Source: Chromera velia (taxonomy: Eukaryota). From it: DNA of 64,000 nt. The stretch is from positions 1 to 64,000 of the forward strand of contig JAHBMJ010000135.1 of NCBI GenBank assembly GCA_018398765.1, read 5' to 3'. Both the position numbers and the translations under genes were made by a program. Numbering within the stretch: position 1 is the stretch's first letter; each line of letters starts with the position of its first letter. The notes under the pieces were generated by a model that was given only the letters and a program-made list of their open reading frames with translations, was not told the origin of the DNA and did no database searches. Below are positions 1 to 11,660 of the stretch, one piece after another.

Positions 1-933
1 ATCATTCAAAGCGGCTTGAAGGCTGCTGAGGGGTTTGTGTTTTGGTGTACAGACGGTTGACAATGATAATATAAAAAAATTATTCATTTAAAATATAATT
101 GATTTATATATACGTATATTTCATATCTTAAACTAAATGGCTAGCTCAGTCTTACTGACACCAACTGACACTTGCTAGGACGTTTACATATAAATCAATT
201 AGTATAATCAGTAAAGTTAACTCTACCAACGCTAGTACCAACGCCTAAAATCCCCTAAATGATTTTTAGTATATCTTTTAAACATAATATTGACCAAGTA
301 CTGGTAGATCCTAGGGTAAAACGGCGACAGTGCTCTACCTAGGGCACCAATTAGCACCAATTAAATCATTATTACTATCACTAGAATGTTGATAGTCAGA
401 TTATTAATTAGTTTGCAGTATGAGCCTTCAACAAGTTTGCTTGCATGCAATATGCCATACATGTAATCAGCTAGCGCCTTTCACAGTTTTTCACTTAACC
501 GATCGGGCATCTCATTCAAGCAGTTTGCAATAAAAAGGATTGGAGAACAGAAAAAGTCTGAGGAGAGGAAGAAAAGGAGCCCGTCCTGTACTCAGCGTAT
601 CTGGCCACCCCCTGGCACTCGTTACAGCTGTTGATGGTGTTGCAGCCTGCAGTCAGAAAAAGGAGACAAGTCATGAAGAGATACACACAGACATACTTAC
701 ACCATAAACACTGTCACTCACTCCCTCCCTCACTCACACACGTGCGTACACACTCACAAACACAGTCCCAGGCAAGTCGACAGACAGGCAGGGAGGCGAC
801 AGGCAGGCTCGGAGGCAGTGGACAAGAGAGACAGTCGAACAAACAGACAAGCATGTAGACAGCGGGCAGACAAAACAGGTGGACGGACTACATACACAAA
901 CACGCACTGCATACACAATCATACATATACGCA

Positions 934-934
934 T

Positions 935-965
<31 letters not shown>

Positions 966-1403
966 TGTATACATACACACTGCACACACATAGAAAAGAG
1001 GTAAGGAGGGGGGAAGAGAGGAAGCGAGAAAGGAAGAAGGCAAAGAGAGAGGGAGGGGGGGGGAAGAGAGAGGCAGGGGGAGAGAATGAGGGAGAGAGAA
1101 AGAGGGAGGTAGGGGGAGAAAGGAAGAGAGGGAGAGAGGGAGAAAGGAAAATAGAAAGAAGAAAGGAAGGAAGGAAGGAAGGAAGGAAGGAAAGGAAGGA
1201 AGGAAGGAAGGAAGGAAGGAAGGAAGGAAAAAGGAAAGAAAGAAAGAAGGAAGGAAGGAAGGAAGGAAGGAGGGAAGGAAGGAAAGGAAGGAAGGAAGGA
1301 AGGAAGGAACGAAAGGAAGGAAGGAAGGAAGGAAGGAAAGAAGGAAGGAAGGAAGGAAGGAAGCAAGGAAGGAAAGAAGGAAGGAAGAAGAAAGAAAGAA
1401 AAA

Positions 1404-1438
<35 letters not shown>

Positions 1439-1720
1439 GAAGGAAGGAAGGAAGGAAGGGAAGAAGGAAGGAAGGAAGGAAGGAAGGAAGGGAGGTGAGG
1501 GAGGGAGGTGAGGGAGGGAGGTGAGGGAGGGAGGTGAGGGAGAGAGGGGAGGGGGCTAGAAAGGAGGGGGAGGGAGAAAGGGAATGGCAAAGGGGAAGCG
1601 GAAGGGGAAGGAAGAGGCAGGATGAGAGAAGGAAGGAAGGGGGGAAGGGTGAGAGGGCGGGAGGGACGGATGGAAGGGGGGAGACAGGGATAAAAGGAGG
1701 AGGGCATGAAGAAAAATAAA
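934..1720. repeat. (CA)n followed by a long (GGAA)n/(GAAA)n purine microsatellite
   Basis: Directly visible simple repeats; they explain the low-complexity ORFs at 734-1991. Confidence 0.95.
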
Positions 1721-2713
1721 GGAGTGAGGGAGGGGGGCGGAAAGAAAGAAACAAAGGGGAAAAGGGGGCAGCAGAAGAAACAATACAGGCCATGAACACT
1801 GCAGGGTGATGCAGAGAGAGGAGAAAGAGAGAACGAGACGAAACAAGTGCTCCCGGTCCCCCTAAAGGAAACAAGGCCCACCCAGCAAGTCGCAGGAGCA
1901 CCCTTCCATGAGCTAAGGCATACCCATACCCCACTCTACCCCCTCCTGGCCCCCCAGAAAGCCATTCTGCCAAAGCAACTGCACACATCAAGGATCAAGA
2001 ACACTGGTCACTGGAAATAACGTGAATGAAACGGTCTCCAAGGCATTCGGAAGGCTGTACACATCTATACCCCCAAAAAGATACATCCACAACGAAGCGA
2101 GACGAATGACCCCTGCCCCCTTCCAGCCCCCCGAGAGCCATTCTACCAAAGCAACTGCACACAACTAAGATCAAACAAGCCAGTGAGACAAGGTAAGGCA
2201 AACGGAACGACCTCTAAGGCACCCAGAGGAATGTACATATAGCTTACTGCTGAAAGTCCGGACACACGAATCTCCAAAACGAGGACCAAGGACCCCAACG
2301 GTTCACCCACAGCCAGAAACACCACTGCAACTCCTTCCCACTCGACAGGGAAAAGCCCCACAAAGTCTTTGGAGTGGACAGAATGGGCTGCGAGCCCTTC
2401 TAGAAGTGACAGGGAGGTCGGCTCTTCAGCTCATCTCCCCATCAACAGTCAAAAAAATCCGTCAATTCTTGAACACGGTCAACCTCAGCTTCTGAAAAGG
2501 CTTAGAAGACCGGAAAAGGGTGGCATACACTCTAGAGGGATACAGTAAGACGTTGCTATAGTGGTGTTTCATGAGGGGCTTCCATTAGTCCAAACCAACA
2601 AAACGGCAGAGCCCATTCGTACTACAAAAGGCTGCGCCCGCGATTTTGGCTGGTATAGGCTGTGCCGGCCCGCATAGCCTATGCCGTACGGCATACACTG
2701 TGCCACGCTCATA

Positions 2714-2878
2714 GTGCATGGACTATATCTTAAAAGTTTACATCGTTTGGTCACCGGCGCGGACTATGCCTTGAAAGTCTGTGTCGCAAGCGCGGACTAT
2801 GTCTCAAAAGTCTCTGTCATAAGCATGGATTTTATCTTGACTCTTGAAGTCTGTATCGCAAGCACGGACTATGCTAGG
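2714..2878. repeat. Degenerate ~33-bp minisatellite, 4-5 units
   Basis: Recurrent core (a)gcgcggactatg..aaagtct near 2714, 2756, 2790, 2822 and 2861. Confidence 0.7.
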
Positions 2879-2977
2879 AACTATGTTTTGTATGAGTCAT
2901 GATTAGCCATGATAGGCCGCGTCGCCGCAGCCTAGGTCTAGGCTGCGTTGCTAGCCGCTTGTACAGATAACTTGATC

Positions 2978-4818
2978 ACTGGGAAATTTAGTCCTGTCTA
3001 GTAGAGTGAAGCTAGAAGATCGAGCTACTGCGATATGAAGACATCTATGCAACACAAACACAGATCTCTCGAGAGTCCTTCTCTACACGTAGTCACTCAC
3101 TCCCTACGAAGTCACAAATATCATGGACCTACCACACAGCATCTAGATAGTACTGTTCGGCCCTTTCTACCTGCCTGTCTGTCTCTCTTTATGCAACCAG
3201 ATTTGATTAGGGATAATTCGATCGATATATACAAAGCAATTTAATCCCAATGCATGCATTGCATGCTGCATGCATCAGCTCGTGTGCGCCTCAATCTGTG
3301 TCTGACACAAAGCTGCGCAATTGCGTGAGGCGGCGGGACATTGAGATATCGGACCCACCAGGACCGAACTTCTTACATACCCCCTGTCCCGACGACTCAT
3401 CACTGACCTCCCTCTCTTCTTGTGTTTTTGTCTTCCTTCTAGGATGTGCCTTGCAACTTCATCCTCATCCTTCACTCATGAACTTTTCAATCACTCTACC
3501 CTGCCAGAACTGTTCTCTTCTTCTCCTCTACTTTCTTTCTCATTTTTTCTTTCTTCTCCACATTTGTCTTTCTTGTCTCTCTGTTTGATTTTGCCGTCTC
3601 AAGTCAACATCAGTGTGTGTAAAAGCAGAGCCCATCTCTTTCTAGACACCCCCTTTCCCAGCTGACAGTCATTGCAGTGGAGACTATAAGCCTCACCCCT
3701 TGCTTCTTCAGTCTTCAAACATTTGCTTTGACATCTGGTGAGCGCCAGTAATCTGGAGATCCATTGTGTCATACCTCTTTGCCTTTCGTTCACTTCCATC
3801 GGCAGTGGCAAGACCTGTTCCCCTTTTGTTCACTTCGATTCAATTTCCGTCGGTGGCTACAGGCGACTGGCCGTGTTCACTCCTCTTCAGCCACACTGGA
3901 TCTGCCCATCTCACCCCGTCTCAACCAAGCTGCCTCATAAACATCTGTCCTCTCTTGCTGTTCGTCTTGCTCAGACTGTGGCTGCTTCTTCTAGGTGGGC
4001 TCTGACTGTGCAGGCTGTCTTCTGCTGCTCCTCTACTGTTGATTTCACCACTTCTTCCGTCTCTGCCTTCCTCTGCCTGCATATAGATGTTCTCATACGA
4101 CTGCCTGTCCCATCTTTCTTTTCTTTCACTAGTTTCTTTCATATTTTTTTTTGTACTCTCTTTCTTCTTCTACTTCTTCTTCTTTCTTTCCTTCTCTTTC
4201 TTTCCTCTCATCAGATTCTGTGATGGTGACAGTCGTAGGGGTCGTCGAAGATCTCTGTCATATGCTTCCTCCGCGTGAAGTCTTTCTCTCCTTCTCTCAT
4301 GCACACATCCTGCCAGACTTGCTCGATCTTTCCTCTCCCTGCTCAGCTAGTTCGAGCAATCAGTCCAACAACTGAAGGCAAACGGTCCAAGCCCGACGCA
4401 GCGAGCACCACCGGGAAATTTGGTCCTGTCTAGTAGAGTGAAGCTAGAAGATCGAGCTACTGTGAGTCGGATATGAAGACATCTACGCAACACAAACACA
4501 GATCTCTCGAGAGTCCTTCTCTACACGTAGTCACTCACTCCCTACGAAGTCACAAATATCATGGACCTACCACACAGCATCTAGATAGTACTGTTTGGCC
4601 CTTTCTAACTGCCTGTCTGTCTCTCTCTATGCAACCAGATTTGATCAGGGATAATTCGATCGATATATACAAAGCAATTTAATCCCAATACATACATTGT
4701 GTGCTGTGTGCATCAGCTCGTGTGCGCCTCAATCTGTGTCTGACACAAGGCTGCGCAATTATTGTGTGAGGCGGCGGGACACTGAGATATCGGACCCACC
4801 AGGACCAAACTTCTCACA
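2978..4818 (-). mobile_element. Non-autonomous LTR element A (~1.84 kb); terminal direct repeats 2978-3377 and 4410-4818
   Basis: Two ~400-bp highly similar direct repeats flanked by TGATC at 2973-2977 and 4819-4823. On the minus strand the repeats begin TGT, a purine-rich tract (GGGACAGGGGGTA-like) precedes the left copy, and a TGGTGCTCGC PBS-like stretch abuts the right copy. The interior has no intact gag/pol ORF. Confidence 0.8.
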
Positions 4819-4823
4819 TGATC

Positions 4824-7800
4824 TGTAAGCTAGGTACGGGCTAGTAGGTTCAGGCGTTATCTGTGTACACCCTTTAGAGAAAGAGGGTAAGAGTTTGACC
4901 TAAAAGAGTTCATACAACGTGCCCTCGAACAGCATAGTCAATTGCTACATTTCAAACAGACAGGCCGATCGATGTCACTTCAGTTCGTTCTGCGCCGTGC
5001 CACATTTATTGAAGTCCGCGCGCGTCACGGCTTGTCTTGCAATGCCTTACGGCGCCGCCATTCCGCAAGCCCGTCGCCTGCCCGCCGCTCATGGCCGGCC
5101 TACATCTGCCCGCTGCTCAAGGCCGATGACCACGCTCGGCTCCTGACTTTGTTTTATAGATTTGTCACACATATCAATTTTGACACACAGCTCCACCATA
5201 TGCACGTAAAACCTGAACAAACAAACTATGTAGTATGTATGAACACACACACAGCACAGGTCAACAGACATAGCACAGTCAGAGTGACAGCACAGCACAG
5301 GTCAACAGACCACCAACCTTGTCCCTATGGTTAGCTGTCAACCTGTATGCGCATATACCCATAAACCATCGATCAGTGAGTGTGACAGGCTCACATCTGC
5401 CCGCTGGCGAAGACCAACGTCCACGCTCGGTTTTAAGCTTTTGTTTTTCTTCTTTTCACACCAATCCCTCGATCAATCAATGCATTTGACACCTCAGACA
5501 ACACCTTCATCCTCCTTCTTTTCTTTTTTTCCTTTCCTTTTCTCTTTTCCCTTCCTAACTACCTTAGTCCCCACTCTTTACCTGAACAGAGACGAAAGAC
5601 AGTCAGAATGTAAAGACATACAGTCACAAGTATAACCGTAGGCAGCCTTGATACGTCCACACATTTCCTTTCTCTTTCCATACTCTCTCTCTTTCACATA
5701 CACATCATGGCACCTCATATCTGTCTACTCTCACAGCTACACTCCGAGTCTCCCTGTCTTCTCCTTGAGTTTTTGACATACTCAGGCATGCTGAGGCGCA
5801 ACCTCAGGCAACTGGATAACTGGAACATTCATGAACGTTCCGTTTCCATTGTATATCATTGCGTATGTATAGGGCGTGACCCCACTGCAATCAACTGGTA
5901 ATACACTTTGGAGTCTGGGCAACCAAGAGTGCGCACGACCGTACGGGAGCTCAATACGGTCGCCAACGGTGCTCCCTGTGATGACTGAAGCTACGCTCCA
6001 TCTCTGCATCTGTGTGTATAACTCCTTTTATCAGCACAACAGTGTGAAAGTCATGCATGGAGCAATCATTCCAAACAAAGTGTGCATACCTGATCTCTGG
6101 AAAAATCGATATGAGATTGACATTAATGAGTTAGACTCAATCGAGATCTGCTGTGCTCTTCTCCTTCCCCCTACAAAGCCCTTTTCCTTCTCTTCCTTCC
6201 CTGTCACTTGAATTGTCCTCTCCACTTACTGGCAGTGCGCATTCTCTCACTATTTGCAGCAAGTTACTCCCAGGACGACTCGTAGCTCATTCATTCCTTT
6301 CCATTTATGTCCCAATTCTTTACTATTCCTCACTCACCCCCTCAAATTAATTTTCTCCAACAAAATCGACACATCCGACACGATCATACAAAAAAAATAA
6401 CATACACACCAAACGATCTGACCGAAGTTCAACACACGTCAATCGCCAGAACTAATCCGTTTTGAGCATTCGTCTTGCATCTGCTTCTTGCCATTCACGC
6501 TCTTGCAAGCGTTCTTTGCGTCTCTCCTCCTTCCTCTGTCTTCGCACTCGTGCCTTCTTGGCTCTGCCTTCACGTTCCTAATAGGCGAGCTTTTCCCTCT
6601 CTAGTTCTCTCTCCGCCATCTCATTCAACCTCTTTGTATCCTCTCTCCACATTCCTCTAATATATACCATAGGACCCCACGCATCAGCAAATCTTGGCGT
6701 TCCAATGCCAAACAACCCTGATTCAGAAGACGATACTACCTTTCTAGCCTGAGGAGAACAATCAATCTTTTTCACTGGGTCCGGCACCTGCATTGGCGCC
6801 CTATCGTCTCCTTTCTTCACACTTTCTTTCTTCTTCGTACTTGGGTACTTGGAGTGGCACACAGAACCTCTTTCAGACTGTGAAGGTGACAACACTTCAG
6901 TCCCAAATACCTCTTTTGGAGTCCTTACACTTTGTTGCCTCTCATTTCCTTCATCCCCTTCACCCTCCTGACTGGACGTCACAGACACATACCTTCTGTC
7001 TGCTTCTAGTCGTGAAGAAGCAACGAGCGGAGACATTTCTACAGAAGACTTGGTTCTCGAGAGTGGAATGCACGTCTTTCTTGCAGTTTGAATATGACGC
7101 GGCTTCTAAGAAACTCCATACTCCTGAATGCTCTCTTTTATAACGCATGCCACCTCGGCCATCGGCGTTGCTACATGCAGAGCAAACATCTCCTTCCCCC
7201 ACGCAGCTACCGTTATGCGACGACTCCTTCTGGTTCTCTTTCTCCGCACCTGAGACGTCTGAACAGCTACAACAGACACGTTGGCCTCCTTCCCGGCGGC
7301 AGTCGATACAGTCTTGACATCGTTCATACAAATCACCTCCAGAATACCTTGAGCAATCTCTCTCATCTCAGAGATGCTTCCTGTGGATGGTGGGCGATTT
7401 CAAGAAATGTATTCTGCTTCAATCTCTCAGCCCGCTCTAACAACATCGACATTTTCTCCAACGCTGACACCAGACTGAATCTATCTATTTCCTCGCAGGA
7501 AACTCACGGATTTCAAACTACTGATTTCTCAGAGAATGAAGAGCGATATGCACTCGCAGAAATACGCAACGCTTCATTAATCTGACTTCTGGGTTCACGA
7601 GTCCGGAGCAGTGAGGCTGCGATACCTCAGAGCTGCGCTCAGCGAACAATTTAGTCAACCTGGTCGAAACCTGCTCTGCTCTACCATACTGTAAGCTAGG
7701 TACGGGCTAGTAAGTTCAGGCGTTATCCGTGTACACTTTTTAAAGAAGGAGGGTAAGAGTTTGACCTAGAAGAGTTCATACAACGTGCCCTCGAACAGCA

Positions 7801-7970
7801 TAGTCAATTACTGCATTTCAAGCAGACAGGCCGATCGATGTCACTTCAGTTCATTCTGCGCCGTGCCACATTTATTGAAGTCCGCGCGTGTCACGGCTTA
7901 TCTTGCAATGCCTTACTGTGCCGCCACCCCGCGGGCCCGTCGCCTGCCCGCCGCTCGTGGCCGGCCTACA
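4824..7970 (-). mobile_element. Non-autonomous LTR element B (~3.15 kb); 281-bp LTRs at 4824-5104 and 7690-7970
   Basis: Both LTRs run TGTAAG...CCTACA, are 281 bp and are about 93% identical by manual count. TSD TGATC at 4819-4823 and 7971-7975. Minus-strand PBS-like TGGTAGAGCAGAGCAGGTTTCGA next to 7690 resembles an initiator-Met tRNA 3' end complement. Stop-interrupted minus-strand frame at ~6400-7400 with no RT/integrase motifs recognised. Confidence 0.9.
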
Positions 7971-8554
7971 TGATCGGCTGTGTCGCGCTGCACCGCAGGT
8001 GCGGACAAACTTGATCAGTCATGCCACAAATGCAGACGAACTTGAACGTTCTGCTTTCAAGTGGCTGGTAGTGTCAGGGACTCCGAGGTGTCTCAGTCCT
8101 CCTGCACACTAATTTATCTCATGATGTAGAAGCCAGAATGGCTCTAGGAAGTCGTTCCCTGCGATCTTTTATACTTTTTCCTGTAAGACTGTGACACGTC
8201 TGGATTAAAGGTGTCCCACAATCACCAGATCTCCATTTTACATCATGCGCAATCGTGCGATTGATAGCGATTGAATGATCTAGAATGATCGAAAGAAACT
8301 TAGTCTGTGAAAGATAGCTGAAGAGTGAATGAGAAGTTTCGCAAGTGTACCTGAGAACCGTCAGCGATAGACAAAAGACACCGGTATAGATATGGAGGGA
8401 CATCGCGTACGGGACACTACATGTGTTCTCTAATCATGCCTAAAGTCTATCCATCAGCTTGCAAGGATCGACGTAATACTGCGATTAATTGGCATGCTGA
8501 TTTCGAGTTATTGATCTTTAGCTCGGCGTGACATGCAAAGCTTTAGTCTCTAAA

Positions 8555-8860
8555 GGCTTTTGCATGCATACGTTTTTTGTATGTCGTTTAATTAGCATGT
8601 ATTCGATAAATTCCAATTGAAGCAGACAACAGCCTGTTAGATTATACTGGATTATGGTAGATTGACCGTATGCTCCTACCAACACATTTGTGCACAGACA
8701 ACATAAGATCTTAGCTGTTGGAAGAGACTATCAATTTCCTAGAATCTCCATTGGAGAAGGCATTGCATGAGAATTAAGGCATCACGCGCGCGATTTTTGT
8801 GCATGCATCGCGCATCGCGCGCGCATTCGCGCCACGCATGATGCATGCATGTCGCTGAGA
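8555..8860. promoter_or_regulatory. Candidate upstream regulatory region of the nucleoporin gene with TGCATGCA and CGCG clusters
   Basis: TGCATGCA at 8561, 8800 and 8842 amid (CG)n runs, 0.6-0.9 kb upstream of the ATG. TGCATGCA is a known ApiAP2-bound motif in apicomplexans, but TGCATG is frequent throughout this window. Confidence 0.3.
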
Positions 8861-9447
8861 ATTAAGTCAACGTTATGTCAACGTTGTACGCATTCATGGA
8901 CACAAAAATCTCGAAGTCTGCGTCACATTGCGTCACTGGACAAATCTGGACAATACTGGACACTGATAAAACGTCATCCGACGGCCTCCTCTCTCCAGTC
9001 GATCCATCCGACAGCTGACAGCTCTGACTGAGAGTCAACTGGCGAGTTACAGTTTTCTGAGCAAATTGTGCGGGGAGTCACTAGCGACTTCCGATTTTTA
9101 ACGGTGTCCTTTCCAAACTGTCCTGAGAATTTCGCGTCGTTGAAGGTTAAGTACAGCCCGTGGGCCTCTCCATTTATCCTGATTAGCTACTTACAGGCCT
9201 GTCGAACAGGTGCTTTATCGGCCTTTTAGAGGCTTTGGGCCGCTCGGCTGAAGGGAGTCAAGGATACCCGCCTGTCTCCTCGGCCCGTCTTCTATCCGTC
9301 TCCGTCCGCGTTCGGGGCCCGCCCTGAACCTTTGTTCAGTGAAGGGAAGGAGAGCAGAAGGATTCAGAGGAAATCGCGGTGAAGGGGACCAGCGGAGAGC
9401 TTCAGACAAAAAGTGAAAAAAAAGGCACAAAGAAGAGAGAAAGAAAC

Positions 9448-11175
9448 ATGGCAGACAGACCGGAGGAGTTTGAGGAGGAGCTCCTCATGAAGTTCCACCC
9501 TGGTCAGTCAGTCAGTCAGTCATCCATCTTGCAGCAGTTCAACGGGGGATCAGTTCAATGGGGGTGAGTGTAAGGCTTGCTGCCCCTTTGAAGGAGGGAA
9601 GGGAAGGAATACAGTGCTCGCATGAATGCGGGTTCCGAGAGGGGAAAAGAGATGGAACGGATTTCTGTGGCATGTAGCTCGGAATGGGTCGATCATCCTT
9701 GTCCTGCTGTGGTTTGCTCTCCTGTCTAGGAATGCGAAGGGATCACTTTCCATCCCAGACGTTCCCTCGTGTCGTTTTGCCTCTCTTCTGTCCTGTTCTC
9801 TCCTGAGGAGGAGGCCCAAGAAGGAGGGAGACCTCTCTGTCCTTCCTATTGGGTCCAATGATGTCCTCACAGAACTGAAGAGTGCTCCGTTTTCTCCTGT
9901 CTCCACATTTTCCATGCGCGACAGTTCGGCAGTTCGTTGTTCGAGAAAAGTGTGGAATGACCAACCCCTGCATTGAAGTGAATTTGCATGCTCGTATGGA
10001 TGGATGGATGGATGGATGGATGGGTGGATGGATGTGTACATGCAGGGAACTTGGTGAAGCTGATGACTCCAGGGAGTCCAGAGGACCCAATCGTGTTGCG
10101 GTCGGAAGGGAACGATGGAACGGACGTGTGCCTGAGCAACGCGATGGATTTAATTGTCTTCAGACATGCCTCAGGTCGGGTACTGAGTCAGGCAGGCAGG
10201 CAAAGAGGCACTTAGAGGGGAAGAGCATCATCCGTCAAGGCAGTGTGCTCTCCTCAAGGAACACGTTCTCTCTCGGTTTTTCTCTGTTGTGTTTTTAGAA
10301 TTCTCTCCTGCTACGAGAGAGATCGAATGTCCGCTTGTGGCGGTCGAACAGGTTCTGTGGTTTTCCTTTTTTCTTACCTGTTGCCTTTTCCCAGGCGCTG
10401 GTCGCCTTTCCGATGTGCTGTGTGAGACAGAGACAGTGGATACAAATGCCTACTAGGTCTCCCTCTTTTGTCATTTTTGTATTCTTTTGAAAAGGGCGAG
10501 GCTGGAAAAGCGTCAGTATTCCATTCGCTGCTCCTGACGGATTTCTTTTGGTGTTCCTCAGCCTGCCTTCATCCCTTCTTGATGTCCCATTGGTATGATT
10601 GCCTTTAATTCATTGCCGCCATACACTCAGATCAGATCATCATCAGAAGAGAAGAAGCTGCCTGATCCAGTCCAGTGCCTCTCCGCCCGCTTTTTTTCGT
10701 TTTTCCTCCCCTGAACCCCCTTTTTTCTTTTTTCTTGTGGGTGTCTGTCTGCGTCTGCAGCTCTGAAGTGCTTCAAGGCGAGCGACGTCTTCAGCGCTGT
10801 GGCGTCGAGGGGCTGCGTTGAAGACCAAAAAAAGGTGCGAGCGTCGAGAAGGCAGACAGCTAGGCCGGCAGGATTCTGCATGTCTGTCCGCACGTACCTG
10901 CCGCGCGGGACCTTCAGCATAGGCCACGGAGCTCAATAGAGGAAACGATTCTCTCACAAACAGGAAGAGGGCGAGACTTTCAGTCGCTTTTTCTGTCTTT
11001 TTGCAAGACACCCTGCAGTTCTCTCTATCCCTGCGTACGGATGAACATACATGCACTGCAAAAATTGCGGCTGGCTCGCTGGCTGGCTGTTGCAGGATGT
11101 GATTCTGGGAGAGGCCGGGGAAGTCCAACCGACAGCCGTCATTCCAGTCAGTTCTGGGTTGATTGGTGGTCTGTG

Positions 11176-11207
<32 letters not shown>

Positions 11208-11620
11208 CTCTCTCTCTGTCTGTGTGTCTGTTCGATTGTTTGTTCTGTTCTTTTGTCTTTCTTCTTTCTTTCTTTTTGTCTGTTGTGTACATGAAGAAAA
11301 AAGGGAGAAGAAGAAACATACAGTCTGTCTGTCTGCCTCTCTGTCTCTGTCTCTGTCTGTCTGTCTCTCTCTCTCTCTGTGGGGGGGGGGGGNGCAGGGG
11401 AGAGAGAGAGAGACAAAGAGAGTTTTTCCCGTCTGCCTGCCTTTCTGTTGGGTCTCTCTCCCTTTCTCTTTTTATGTGTGTATGTCTGTGTGTGCACGAG
11501 AGAAAGAGCGAGTGCGTGTGAGTGCCTGCCTTTGGGGACAACTCCTTCGTCCTGATCCTGTGGTGCGCTGCATATGTTGTGACCTTCATTACATGTATAC
11601 TTGAAAGAGATACATATGTA

Positions 11621-11660
<40 letters not shown>

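Noticed and set aside
734..1991. Long ORFs of 210-367 aa
   Set aside because: Translations of (GGAA)n/(CCTT)n microsatellites.
1938..2190. ~70-bp diverged direct repeat (gccattct.ccaaagcaactgcacaca) as an LTR or retroelement end
   Set aside because: The repeat is real, but no termini, TSD or coding motif could be supported.
9626..9976. ORF as nucleoporin exon 2
   Set aside because: Phase does not fit the 9502 donor; 10046-10174 joins cleanly and reads better.
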